Below are positions 46,821 to 56,413 of a DNA stretch of 61,769 bases, piece by piece. Each line of letters begins with the position of its first letter. Positions within the stretch are counted from its first letter, which is position 1. The position numbers were made by a program, and so were the translations under genes. The stretch is from an uncultured Pseudomonadales bacterium (GTDB taxonomy: Bacteria > Pseudomonadota > Gammaproteobacteria > Pseudomonadales > UBA7434): contig CAJQQO010000028.1 of assembly GCA_905480475.1 (NCBI GenBank), positions 1-61,769 of the forward strand, in the 5' to 3' direction. The notes under the pieces were generated by a model. The model saw only the letters and a list, made by a program, of their open reading frames with translations, made no database searches and was not told the DNA's origin.

Positions 46821-47684
46821 ATGAGCAAACCCTCTTTACGCGACAAGCTATTTATCTATTTACAATACTGCCTGCCGCAACATGCGCTTTCACGATTAGT
46901 CGGATATTTAGCTGCATCAGAAATACCCTGGCTAAAAGATCGTTTAATCAAATTGTTCGCGCATTTTTTTACTATCAATATCGCTGAAGCCGTACCCGCT
47001 GATTATGAAAAGTATCCCAGCTTTAATGCTTTTTTTACCCGTCCATTAAAAGATGGCGCGCGACCTATAGTCGAAGAGAAAAACGCCATTATCTCGCCAG
47101 CTGACGGCGCGATTAGCGAGATTGGAAAAATAGAAAACGACCAGCTTATTCAAGCCAAAGGCCAACATTACAGCTTGCTTGCACTATTGGGTGGTGACAC
47201 CGAATTAACCGAACAGTTTAACAATGGCGCGTTTGCGACGATTTACCTTTCTCCTAAAGATTATCATCGCGTGCATATGCCGTTTACCGGCACGCTAGTT
47301 AAAAGTATTTATATCCCCGGTAAATTATTTTCAGTTAACCAAACCACCGCTAATAATGTGCCGGGATTATTTGCCCGCAATGAACGCATGGTTTGTGTAT
47401 TTGAAACCGACAAGGGGCCGATGATAGTGATATTAGTCGGCGCTATGATTGTCGCAGGGATAGAAACTGTTTGGGCAGGCCAAGTCGCACCGCCGCCAAA
47501 ACAGCCCACTGCGCTTAACTTTAACAATACGGTAACACTACAAAAAGGTGAGGAGATAGGCCGCTTTAAGCTAGGCTCAACCGCTATCGTGTTATTTCCA
47601 AGCGATACCGTAAGCTGGAACAAAATGCTATCAAATGGCACCGCTATTCGACTGGGAGAATCATTGGGAAACGTTAACCCTTAG
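46821..47684 (+). CDS. psd: Phosphatidylserine decarboxylase proenzyme
   Basis: 'YHRVHMP', 'NERMVCVF' and the self-cleavage motif 'FKLGSTAIVLF' (LGST). Confidence 0.93.
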   Translation: MSKPSLRDKLFIYLQYCLPQHALSRLVGYLAASEIPWLKDRLIKLFAHFFTINIAEAVPADYEKYPSFNAFFTRPLKDGARPIVEEKNAIISPADGAISEIGKIENDQLIQAKGQHYSLLALLGGDTELTEQFNNGAFATIYLSPKDYHRVHMPFTGTLVKSIYIPGKLFSVNQTTANNVPGLFARNERMVCVFETDKGPMIVILVGAMIVAGIETVWAGQVAPPPKQPTALNFNNTVTLQKGEEIGRFKLGSTAIVLFPSDTVSWNKMLSNGTAIRLGESLGNVNP

Positions 47685-47797
47685 CCTAAGCTGCTTGTGG
47701 AATAATCCCCTACAAAATCAGCCTCGGGCGCTCTATCTTGTTTTTGCTATAAACAGCCTTATGAGCGGCTATATTAACGGCACAAGCAGGAGCAATT

Positions 47798-48943
47798 ATG
47801 CTTTCCAAATTCGATGATTACCCTATCCACCAAACACCTGAACCGGTTTTTCGCACCGCTACCAGTGACCGCAATACTTACGATAGATATTGGTATAACG
47901 CCCACGCTAAAGACAGTTCCTTTTATTTTGGCGTAGCGCTTTGCCGCTACCCAAACCTTGGTATTCTCGATTGCAGCCTAAGCATTGTTGCCGGTGGCGA
48001 GCAGCATGCATTTCACGGCTCATGTCGCGCACCAGACGAACCTACCGATACTCGCGTTGGCCCATTCGAGTTAAAAATTCTCGAGCCGATGGGACGTCAT
48101 CAAATTACTATCGCGGCCAATGAAACAGGTATCGAATGCGATTTAATTTTCACACCTAAAACTGGCGCCATGCAAGAAGCGCGACAAACCTTGGGTAATG
48201 ATCGCTATGTGGTAATGGATGCAACGCGGCTTGATCAATTTGGTAGTTGGAGCGGTGTAATTCGTTATCACGGAAAAGAAATTATTGTTGAAGCTAGTAA
48301 TACTTTTGGACTCAAAGATCGTTCATGGGGCGTAAGACCGGTAGGCGATGCTTACACCGGTGGCGCGCCACAAGATGCTTACCAAGCGAATCATTTTATG
48401 TGGCTGCCGATTCATTGGGAAAATGAATGTACGCTCGCCGGTTGGTTTGAAGACGGTGAAGGTTATCAGTGGCATACCGATCAAGGCATTTTACCTTGCC
48501 ACCCATCAATGGATGCTATTCCCGCAGTCGTTGATCCCGGTATGAAAATGTGGAACGGTAAAGTGAATTACCAACTCGACTTACAAAGCGGCACTCGTCA
48601 TGCCAATAGCGGCAGCTTTACCATGACCGACAAGTCGGGTGAGACGCTGGATATTACGGTTGAAATGACCGGCATGTTACATCGTATGAAAGGCCTTGGT
48701 TATCAACACCCCGAATGGGGTCACGGTAAATGGCAGGGCGAACTTAAAGTCGCGAGCGAAAGCTGGAAGGTCGATGAAGTTGATCCGCTAGCACTTGAAA
48801 ATATTCATTTACAGCAAGTCGTTATCGCCAGGCGCACCTTAGCCTCAGGTGAGGTTGAAATCGGCCACGGTGTCTTAGAACAAATGCATATGGGTCGTCA
48901 CGCTATTTTAGGTTTTACTGATTGGTTTGATGGCGCACGTTAA
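47798..48943 (+). CDS. Conserved hypothetical protein (family not recognised)
   Basis: 381-aa ORF with coding-like composition and GGAG upstream. N-terminus 'FDDYPIHQTPEPVFRTATSDRNTYDRYWYNAH'. No motif I can assign. Confidence 0.6.
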   Translation: MLSKFDDYPIHQTPEPVFRTATSDRNTYDRYWYNAHAKDSSFYFGVALCRYPNLGILDCSLSIVAGGEQHAFHGSCRAPDEPTDTRVGPFELKILEPMGRHQITIAANETGIECDLIFTPKTGAMQEARQTLGNDRYVVMDATRLDQFGSWSGVIRYHGKEIIVEASNTFGLKDRSWGVRPVGDAYTGGAPQDAYQANHFMWLPIHWENECTLAGWFEDGEGYQWHTDQGILPCHPSMDAIPAVVDPGMKMWNGKVNYQLDLQSGTRHANSGSFTMTDKSGETLDITVEMTGMLHRMKGLGYQHPEWGHGKWQGELKVASESWKVDEVDPLALENIHLQQVVIARRTLASGEVEIGHGVLEQMHMGRHAILGFTDWFDGAR

Positions 48944-48973
48944 TAGAAAACACAGAATAACCGGAGAAAGATT

Positions 48974-49531
48974 ATGCCAGCAATTATTGACCCGCGAAAA
49001 AACTGGGCCTTGGTTGAAAAACGTTTAGCCGAAGAGACCGATCCCATTCTTAAACGCAATCTCGAAGTTGTCCATAAACATATGGTTGCTGAGGCGACAT
49101 TAGATTTTGAAGCCTTAATGTCAACCGTAGACAACGATGCGCGTTATCATTTTTTTGGTAGTGAAGATGACGAAGCCTTTGCCGGCCCTAAAGGTAAAGA
49201 AAACGTAGAAGCTTTTTATAAAACGATTATTGAGCTGGATATTCATAGAATCGAGCACAATATTGATCGCTTGGTTGTGGATAAGCACTGCGTAATTACC
49301 GAAGGGCAAATGCGTATCGCCTACCCCGGTGGTTTATTACAAGGTATGGGCCATGCGGTTGATGATGCCGATGCCTATTATTTATATGAAACCCGTAGCG
49401 CTATTGTGTGGCCAATCAATGAAGCGGGTTTGATTATTGGTGAAGATAGTTACACCGGTGCAGATGGTTTTGCCGGCATTGAAAATCGAAAGTTATCGCC
49501 TGACGATATTGTTTCGGTTAAAGCGGCTTAG
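48974..49531 (+). CDS. NTF2-like (SnoaL-type) family protein
   Basis: 185 aa, 30 nt after the preceding ORF, with GGAGA SD. 'NLEVVHKHMVAEATLDFEALMSTV' is typical of SnoaL-like folds. Confidence 0.45.
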   Translation: MPAIIDPRKNWALVEKRLAEETDPILKRNLEVVHKHMVAEATLDFEALMSTVDNDARYHFFGSEDDEAFAGPKGKENVEAFYKTIIELDIHRIEHNIDRLVVDKHCVITEGQMRIAYPGGLLQGMGHAVDDADAYYLYETRSAIVWPINEAGLIIGEDSYTGADGFAGIENRKLSPDDIVSVKAA

Positions 49532-49647
49532 GCAATTCTTGCTATGCAACTGCTTGTTCTTGACAGGAGCAATTGAGGACAAGCAGAACGGAATACCGAC
49601 CGAATCAAAATATTGCCAACAGCAAATTTAAATTACCGATAACACAG

Positions 49648-50607
49648 TTAAATTACTAACAACAAGCGATCAACACCTAAAGCCACGCCCGAGCATTCGG
49701 GCAATCCTCGCTGCATTGCGCGCATAAACTGCGGATCAATATTCCGCACTGCCTTACCGGCTTGCTGACGCAAAATATTATCTTTTTCAAAACGCTGTAA
49801 TTGCTCATCAGCATCAGTTAATTCAAAATAACCATTAGCCAACTCAACTCCGTCGATATAAAGCTCAAAACGTTTGGCAATTATATTGCCATTATCATCC
49901 TTTGCCAGTCGCGCTAACGCGGCCTGACTCTCGGGGTAATTATATAAAAACGTCATTGCACCCTGACCCAACTTTGGCTCAACACAGTGAGTTAATAACA
50001 AATCCAACCAAATATCTTTATCCTGACTGGTAAAACTTACATCTAGACTATGCTGCGCAACAGCTTCCAACTCGGCGGCGGTTGCAGATAGCGGATCAAT
50101 ACCCACATAATCTAGAAACGCTTGTTGATAGCTGATTTTATTTATCGCTAATGGTTTTTTATGGTCGGCACTAACGGAATGAATAAGTGAGGCAACATCG
50201 TCAATCAAGGCATCCATATCATAATCAAGTCGATACCATTCCAGCAGCGTAAATTCACTACTGTGCAAACGTCCCGGCGGGTCTTGTCGAAATGCTTTAC
50301 TAATTTGATAAATCGATCCACTACCTAAAGACAGTAATTGCTTCATACCGTATTCGGGCGAGGTCGATAAATACAGCCAGTTATCTGGCTCATCTTCACT
50401 GATGGCAAAAGGGTTTTCGACTCGAAGATTATCTAACTGTGGATCGGTTACCGCGTACGGCGAGAGTATCGGCGTTTCAACCTCCAGAACTTGCTGGCTA
50501 GAAAAGTAGTTACGGATTTTTGAGAGCATTACAGCGCGCTTGATTAAGCGCGCTGTAATGGTGTCGGCTGTAAGAAAAGCCGGATTAGCGCCAGTTTGTT
50601 CGATCAT
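49648..50607 (-). CDS. epmA: Elongation factor P--(R)-beta-lysine ligase
   Basis: Class-II LysRS-like core without an anticodon domain: 'VLEVETPIL', '[13 protein letters not shown]', '[10 protein letters not shown]', 'EFTLLEWY', 'GVALGVDRL'. Its start overlaps the efp stop (ATGA 50604-50607). Confidence 0.9.
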   Translation of the reverse strand: MIEQTGANPAFLTADTITARLIKRAVMLSKIRNYFSSQQVLEVETPILSPYAVTDPQLDNLRVENPFAISEDEPDNWLYLSTSPEYGMKQLLSLGSGSIYQISKAFRQDPPGRLHSSEFTLLEWYRLDYDMDALIDDVASLIHSVSADHKKPLAINKISYQQAFLDYVGIDPLSATAAELEAVAQHSLDVSFTSQDKDIWLDLLLTHCVEPKLGQGAMTFLYNYPESQAALARLAKDDNGNIIAKRFELYIDGVELANGYFELTDADEQLQRFEKDNILRQQAGKAVRNIDPQFMRAMQRGLPECSGVALGVDRLLLVI

Positions 50608-51167
50608 GCGCGCGAAACATATTCACCTGTGCGCGTATCGATTTTGAGAATTTCACCTTGATCAATAAACAACGGCACACGAACCACTGCACCGGTAGAT
50701 AAGGTTGCAGGTTTAGTGCCGCCTTGAGCGGTATCACCTTTTAAACCGGGATCAGTTTCAGTTACTTCCAACTCGACAAAATTTGGCACGCTTACCGTTA
50801 ACGGTGCACCATTCCACAAAGTGATCATGCACTTTTCTTGTTCTTTTAAATACGGCTTGGCATCTTCAACTGCGGCTGCCGATGCGGGTACTTGCTCAAA
50901 GGTCTCTGAATCCATAAAGTACCAAAACTCGTCGTCGCAATACAGATATTCCATATCGGTTTCCAATACGTCCGCAGCTTCAACGCTCTCCCCCGATTTA
51001 AAGGTTTTCTCCCAAGTGCGGCCGGTTTTCAGGTTTTTTAATCGCACCCGGTTAAACGCCTGACCTTTACCGGGTTTAACCATTTCGTTATCAATGATAT
51101 TACAAGGATCACCATCAATAATTAGTTTTAAACCATTCTTGAATTCATTGGTAGAATAGCTGCCCAT
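50604..51167 (-). CDS. efp: Elongation factor P
   Basis: '[18 protein letters not shown]' and 'VKPGKGQAF' (the Lys34 loop). 187 aa from ATG 51167, with AGGAAA upstream. Confidence 0.95.
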   Translation of the reverse strand: MGSYSTNEFKNGLKLIIDGDPCNIIDNEMVKPGKGQAFNRVRLKNLKTGRTWEKTFKSGESVEAADVLETDMEYLYCDDEFWYFMDSETFEQVPASAAAVEDAKPYLKEQEKCMITLWNGAPLTVSVPNFVELEVTETDPGLKGDTAQGGTKPATLSTGAVVRVPLFIDQGEILKIDTRTGEYVSRA

Positions 51168-51282
51168 AGTTTTCCTCAACACGTATAAATGAAATTAGTA
51201 CTTTATTATTGGGCGCGACAAAAACATTCAATAAGCGCCTTATTAAGTAACAGCCGATAATGACAAGTACCGGAATATACCT

Positions 51283-52344
51283 ATGATAACGCGAACCAGC
51301 CCAAGCTGTCAGATGGAAAATCGTGATTTAGCACCGGTCGAGCAGGCCAGCTGGCAAGAATTGCTATCCGGGTCGACCATTTCAGCCGCGCAGCTATTAA
51401 AAATACTGGAAATTGACGCATCCGAACTTGCTGCTAGCGAATACGGTGAGGTCGACTTTAGCTCGCTCGACTTCCCGGTTCGCGCGCCCACGCCGTTTAT
51501 TCAGCGAATGAAAAAAGGCGATATCCACGACCCACTACTCCAGCAAGTGCTGCCATTGGCCAAAGAGCAGGAAATCAGCCCCGGCTTTACTCATGACCCG
51601 CTGCAAGAAGCGCTATCGAATGTCGCTCCGGGGCTTATCCATAAATATCATGGCCGCGCGCTTTGCATTGTTAGTAAAGCCTGCGCGATTCATTGCCGCT
51701 ATTGTTTTCGCCGTCATTTTCCTTATGAAGATAATCAGCCCGGCCGTGAGCAATGGTCCAAAGCATTTAGCTATTTAAAGGCGCAAACCGATATCCGCGA
51801 GATTATCTATAGTGGCGGCGACCCGCTCGCTAGCAGCGATAAGCATCTAGCTTGGTTGACCGAGCGAATGGCCGATATCCCGCATATCCAACGCTTGCGC
51901 ATTCACACACGCTTACCTGTCGTGCTGCCGCAGCGGGTTGATAATCAACTGCTGGAATGGCTTAACCGCTGGCACGGACAAAAAGTGATTGTGATTCATA
52001 GTAATCACGCCCAAGAGCTAGACGCCAGTGTCAAACACGCGATCGAGCAATTGAAATCCACCGGCGCCACTGTGCTAAACCAAACCGTACTGCTAAAAGG
52101 TATTAACGATTCGGTAGATGCGCTGGTCAATTTAAGTGAAAAACTATTCGATATTGGCGTCTTACCTTATTACTTACATCTACTCGACCCAGTTGTCGGC
52201 GCCGGTCATTTCGCAATCGCTGATGCCCGAGCCAAACGGCTAATGGGCGCAGTTAGCGCCAAATTGCCAGGCTATTTAGTCCCGCGATTGGTACGCGAGC
52301 AAGCGCAACGTGAATCCAAGACTTTAATCCTACCAACACTTTAA
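51283..52344 (+). CDS. epmB: EF-P beta-lysylation protein EpmB (lysine 2,3-aminomutase-like radical SAM)
   Basis: Radical-SAM 'CAIHCRYCFRR', 'YSGGDPL', 'IHTRLPVVLPQR'. Divergent from efp. The start could be ATG 51313. Confidence 0.9.
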   Translation: MITRTSPSCQMENRDLAPVEQASWQELLSGSTISAAQLLKILEIDASELAASEYGEVDFSSLDFPVRAPTPFIQRMKKGDIHDPLLQQVLPLAKEQEISPGFTHDPLQEALSNVAPGLIHKYHGRALCIVSKACAIHCRYCFRRHFPYEDNQPGREQWSKAFSYLKAQTDIREIIYSGGDPLASSDKHLAWLTERMADIPHIQRLRIHTRLPVVLPQRVDNQLLEWLNRWHGQKVIVIHSNHAQELDASVKHAIEQLKSTGATVLNQTVLLKGINDSVDALVNLSEKLFDIGVLPYYLHLLDPVVGAGHFAIADARAKRLMGAVSAKLPGYLVPRLVREQAQRESKTLILPTL

Positions 52345-52547
52345 ATCCAATAAAAACAACAGTTTAAACAATATTATCACTCTCACATACCGCCAGTAAA
52401 TCGCACTGACAAGCGTCGAATTTTAGGAATAAGAACTGGATCAAGCTATTTGTGCTAATTCCGGCATAAAAATCAAACAATGCCTATACTCAGATAGGGA
52501 TCGCGAATTAGCGGTAATTTTACACATCCATTGACCATGGACAATCC

Positions 52548-54188
52548 ATGCTATTTAGCCGAAAAAACAAACAGCGGCAAATGCCGGCTTTTAGCTTCTG
52601 CGAACAAAGCGCAGAGGGCCTAAAGACCTGGGTAAGTATTTTGCCGCGCCGCGATACCAAAGCTCTGGTCAAGCAGCTTATTAAAGCAGGTAGAGAACTT
52701 ACCGCTTCTAAATGCCAGCTCACCCAAGCGTTAATTGTTATTGATATTTTGGCCGAGCCATTAATGACCGCCGCCAATGGCTTATTAAGCGAAAGTTTTG
52801 CCAAGCACAATAAATTGGATGCGTTTAAAAAGCGTCAGGAGTTTTTTAACTTATTTGGTCAAATCTATTACTTTACCGGCCAAAAACAACTGGCGACAAA
52901 ACCCGGTTTAATTGCCGATGAATTATTTATTAAAGCCAATGACTATTTAAGTAATGCTGTTATTGCCTCATACCAACTCTATGAAACACCACCGGTAGGC
53001 TGCTGGCGGTTATTACACTCTATTTACCAATACTCGCTCATCGATAGCGGCAACGAAGCCAACGCATTAAAACTGAGCGCCTGCTATAAAACGATTATTG
53101 GTCTTGCTTGCGGCAGTCCTGAAAAACTGAATACGCAACAAATCGCCATCATGGCCGAGTACTTGCGAACCGCGGTGGTTAATATCCGCATCTGTGCCGA
53201 AGCGAACAAAGATACCCACTTCGCTGCCATTACCACTGAGGACCAAGCATCGAATCGGTATCTACCCATTAGCGATACGAGCAAGGAGTCAGAGAATACC
53301 ATTTACTTTGACCTCAGCTTACTTAAATCAACCTTGGCATCCAGCAGCTTAAGTAAAGAGTTGGCCGAGCACTTAACAAGCAGTTATGGGCAATTAAGAA
53401 ATCGCGCCTACAAGCGCACGGCTGGCAAAGGCACTTTAGAAGTGTGCTCAGGCATACAAGCTATTCACTATTATCTATGCGGCGGAAAACCTTTTGAGGA
53501 TTTTGCCAAACGCTTTACCTGCCTTTCTAATATGCTATCCGAGACATCAAGCCCCGGTGGCAGAAAGGATGTATGGAATGGCGTTTATAGTACCAACTGG
53601 CAAAGTACTGAATTTAGTGGCGAGAGTATCGAATTTCAAATTCAAAACAGTCAGCAAGATAGTACCGAACAAAAACGCGCATTCCCGATTCAGCAAGTTA
53701 ATATTGGTGATCTTAACCCTAAAGGCTACCGCTTATCCGGCAATAATATTGCCTTAAGAGATTTTAAGCCCGGCACTATCATCGGCATTAAAAATCCGCA
53801 GCAAGATCACTGGCATGTTAGCGTTATCCGTTGGAGTAAAACTCAGCGCGAAGAAAAAAGTATTGGCGTGGAGTTGTTTACCCCACATATACAACCTTGC
53901 GGTATTAAAATTCGTCATAGCAAAAATGGCACGGATTTTGTACCTGCGTTTTTACTGCCCCCATCGGTCAGTAATGAAAACAATAGAGAGAACAGTACCA
54001 GCCTATTGTTAAGCCATATCAATCTTAGCGGCAAAACGGCTGCCACTATTATTAATTCAGAATCCGAAGAACATATTGTGCTTGGTGATTGTATTGAGCA
54101 ATCAGGTAGCTATAGCCGCTACCTATATACCTCACAAGATGCCGGCAACGGCAAAGCTTCGAATTCAAAGGAACTCAAACACGGATGA
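52548..54188 (+). CDS. Conserved hypothetical protein with a C-terminal PilZ-like beta-barrel segment (positional equivalent of the gene preceding fimX in Pseudomonas)
   Basis: 546 aa. 'RNRAYKR' (aa 284-290) and 'VNIGDLNPKGYRLSG...VSVIRWSK..SIGVELF' (aa ~384-444) loosely resemble PilZ elements, but the spacing is non-canonical. Confidence 0.45.
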   Translation: MLFSRKNKQRQMPAFSFCEQSAEGLKTWVSILPRRDTKALVKQLIKAGRELTASKCQLTQALIVIDILAEPLMTAANGLLSESFAKHNKLDAFKKRQEFFNLFGQIYYFTGQKQLATKPGLIADELFIKANDYLSNAVIASYQLYETPPVGCWRLLHSIYQYSLIDSGNEANALKLSACYKTIIGLACGSPEKLNTQQIAIMAEYLRTAVVNIRICAEANKDTHFAAITTEDQASNRYLPISDTSKESENTIYFDLSLLKSTLASSSLSKELAEHLTSSYGQLRNRAYKRTAGKGTLEVCSGIQAIHYYLCGGKPFEDFAKRFTCLSNMLSETSSPGGRKDVWNGVYSTNWQSTEFSGESIEFQIQNSQQDSTEQKRAFPIQQVNIGDLNPKGYRLSGNNIALRDFKPGTIIGIKNPQQDHWHVSVIRWSKTQREEKSIGVELFTPHIQPCGIKIRHSKNGTDFVPAFLLPPSVSNENNRENSTSLLLSHINLSGKTAATIINSESEEHIVLGDCIEQSGSYSRYLYTSQDAGNGKASNSKELKHG

Positions 54189-54278
54189 ACCACTTTATAT
54201 TATTAACATATGCATCTGCATTGTCGCCAACGGCTAGACCCGTAAAAGCATGCTGCTGGCAAAAAAGGAAAAAACGTT

Positions 54279-56381
54279 GTGAATAGTAGTGTCAACACCG
54301 TCCAAAATATGTCTCCGACTGCTGTCGATATCGATGACAATATCGAGAAGCAAAACGGTAAAACTCAAGTGGGTATTAAACGCAGTGTTCATGTGCTTAT
54401 TGCCCATGAAGATCCTGCGCAGGCCAACCGGATTAAAAGTACTTTTAAAGATGCAGGCTGGATGACGCACGCGCATCGCATCACATCGGTAGAAGATTTG
54501 GACGAGTCATTAAGCAATGGCGTCTGGAATATTATTCTGGCCTTTGGCAGCTCTAAAATGTATTTGCCTGCAGTGATCGGCAACTATATTGAAAAGAATG
54601 GCGCCGAGGTTCACGCTATATTTTTGGATGACGAATACTCGCCAACCAACGCCATTCAAATTGTGCAATGTGGATTTAGAGACTATCTGACCGTTGAAGA
54701 ACAGCAACGCTTATTGTTTGTTGCCGACAGAGAAATAAAATCCCAAGCCGATCGTCGACTCGCGTCTACTGCCAACGAAGTACTCGCTGAAGCGAATGCG
54801 CGAAGCCAATTATTAATGGATTCAACCGCCGAAGCCATTGCCTACGTAACCGACGGCATGATTGTGCACGCTAATTCAGTATTTGCCGAGCAACTGAAAT
54901 ATGATTCGGCAGATGATTTGGACTGCATGCCTTTTATCGACTTAGTTGCAGCCAAAGACCAAATTGTTTTAAAACCTTTATTAAGGCAGTACCAACTCGG
55001 TGGCGAAGAAGAAACCTCGGTAGAGATTGAAGCGATTGGTGCTGGTTCAGACCCGTTTAAAGTTGAGCTATCACTTGCCTTGGCAAGTTACGAAGGCGAA
55101 GCTTGTACTCAGGTTATTCTTAGACCGTCAATTGCTAAGCAGCAGTCGAGCGGCGAGTCTTTACAAGTCAGCAATAACAATGTTGAATTTGATATAAACA
55201 CCATCAACAGTATTGAAGGTAAAGGCAGCTTATTCTTTGCATCAATTACTAGTAATGCTGTACAGCGCAAAAAATTAGGTTTAAGTAATCACCTTAAACT
55301 GATCAGTGAAATATCTACGTTGTTAAGAGATTTTGTTCCACCCGAAGCTAGCGTTTTTGATTACTTAAGAGAAAGCTGGGTAATCGTCATTCCAAACTCT
55401 CATCCACACGAGCCTACCGAACTTGCTGACCAGTTATGTAAGTTGGTAAACTCAAAATCGATTGGCGAGGAAAGTAAAAACTTTACCACATCTATTGCTG
55501 TTGGCATCTCAAAATATGGCGTTGCCGACATCACCATTGAAGGCGCATTAAACCGTGCCTTTAAAGCCTCGGCAGAAAAACAGTTGGACGGCGAGAGTGG
55601 GTATAAAATGTTTGTACCTAAAATTGATAACGCTGAAGGCGCAGCCGCACTGCAATCGGCGCTGGAACTCAACCGCTTTAAATTAAAATATCAGCCCATT
55701 ATCGCGCTGCAAAATCAAGAAAAACACTTTTACGATACCGTGTTACATATTGAAAACGATGCAGGCCGTGATGACGATGCAGAAAAATTATTAGCCAGTC
55801 TTGGCATTGAAAAAACCAATGCCGAATTGGATCGTTGGATTATTACTGAAACCACTAATACATTAAAACCATTGATTGAAAGCAATAAGAACATTCAACT
55901 GAATATTTCGCTTACAGCCAGTGCGATTATGGACGACACTTTTTATAGCTGGCTATCTACCACTATACAATTGTGTCAGTTGCCTAAGGCCTCGGTTAGT
56001 TTTTCTTTAAAAGCGGCTGATGCGGCTGATTATGAAAAACATGCCACGCAGCTTATTGGTCAGCTTCGCGATAACGATTACAAGGTTTGTTTATCCAATA
56101 CCAACGTAGAGCATTTGGAAATACTTAAAACCTTAAAACCGACTTATATCAAACTAGCCAGTGAACTCACCGAAAAAATGAATGGTGAAGAAGCTGATCC
56201 AGAGTTGATTAAAAATATGATTAGCCAAGCTAGCGAGCTGAATATTCAGTGTATCGCCAGCGGCGTTAATAGCGCGGGTGAACTTGCGCAACTATGGCAG
56301 ACTGGCGTACCATTTGTTCAAGGCAGCTATCTGCAAGTGCCACTAGCCAATATGGATTATGAATTTTCAGATATTGCTTAA
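54279..56381 (+). CDS. fimX: FimX-like REC-PAS-GGDEF-EAL protein with degenerate signature motifs
   Basis: REC-like 'VHVLIAHEDP..'. PAS 'LLMDSTAEAIAYVTDGMIVHANSVFAEQL'. GGDEF position reads 'RESWV'. EAL domain 'LKYQPIIAL...' with 'DTV' in place of EAL, and 'QCIASGVNS..QGSY'. GTG start is uncertain. Confidence 0.6.
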   Translation: MNSSVNTVQNMSPTAVDIDDNIEKQNGKTQVGIKRSVHVLIAHEDPAQANRIKSTFKDAGWMTHAHRITSVEDLDESLSNGVWNIILAFGSSKMYLPAVIGNYIEKNGAEVHAIFLDDEYSPTNAIQIVQCGFRDYLTVEEQQRLLFVADREIKSQADRRLASTANEVLAEANARSQLLMDSTAEAIAYVTDGMIVHANSVFAEQLKYDSADDLDCMPFIDLVAAKDQIVLKPLLRQYQLGGEEETSVEIEAIGAGSDPFKVELSLALASYEGEACTQVILRPSIAKQQSSGESLQVSNNNVEFDINTINSIEGKGSLFFASITSNAVQRKKLGLSNHLKLISEISTLLRDFVPPEASVFDYLRESWVIVIPNSHPHEPTELADQLCKLVNSKSIGEESKNFTTSIAVGISKYGVADITIEGALNRAFKASAEKQLDGESGYKMFVPKIDNAEGAAALQSALELNRFKLKYQPIIALQNQEKHFYDTVLHIENDAGRDDDAEKLLASLGIEKTNAELDRWIITETTNTLKPLIESNKNIQLNISLTASAIMDDTFYSWLSTTIQLCQLPKASVSFSLKAADAADYEKHATQLIGQLRDNDYKVCLSNTNVEHLEILKTLKPTYIKLASELTEKMNGEEADPELIKNMISQASELNIQCIASGVNSAGELAQLWQTGVPFVQGSYLQVPLANMDYEFSDIA

Positions 56382-56413
56382 GTGAAGTTACTAGCTATAA
56401 CTAAAGCTGCTAG

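Noticed and set aside
53397-53882. Calling the 546-aa protein a bona fide c-di-GMP-binding PilZ protein
   Set aside because: RxxxR and the D-x-(S/N)-x-x-G-like element are about 95 aa apart instead of 20-30, and the Ser is replaced. It is kept only as a hypothesis of a PilZ-like fold.
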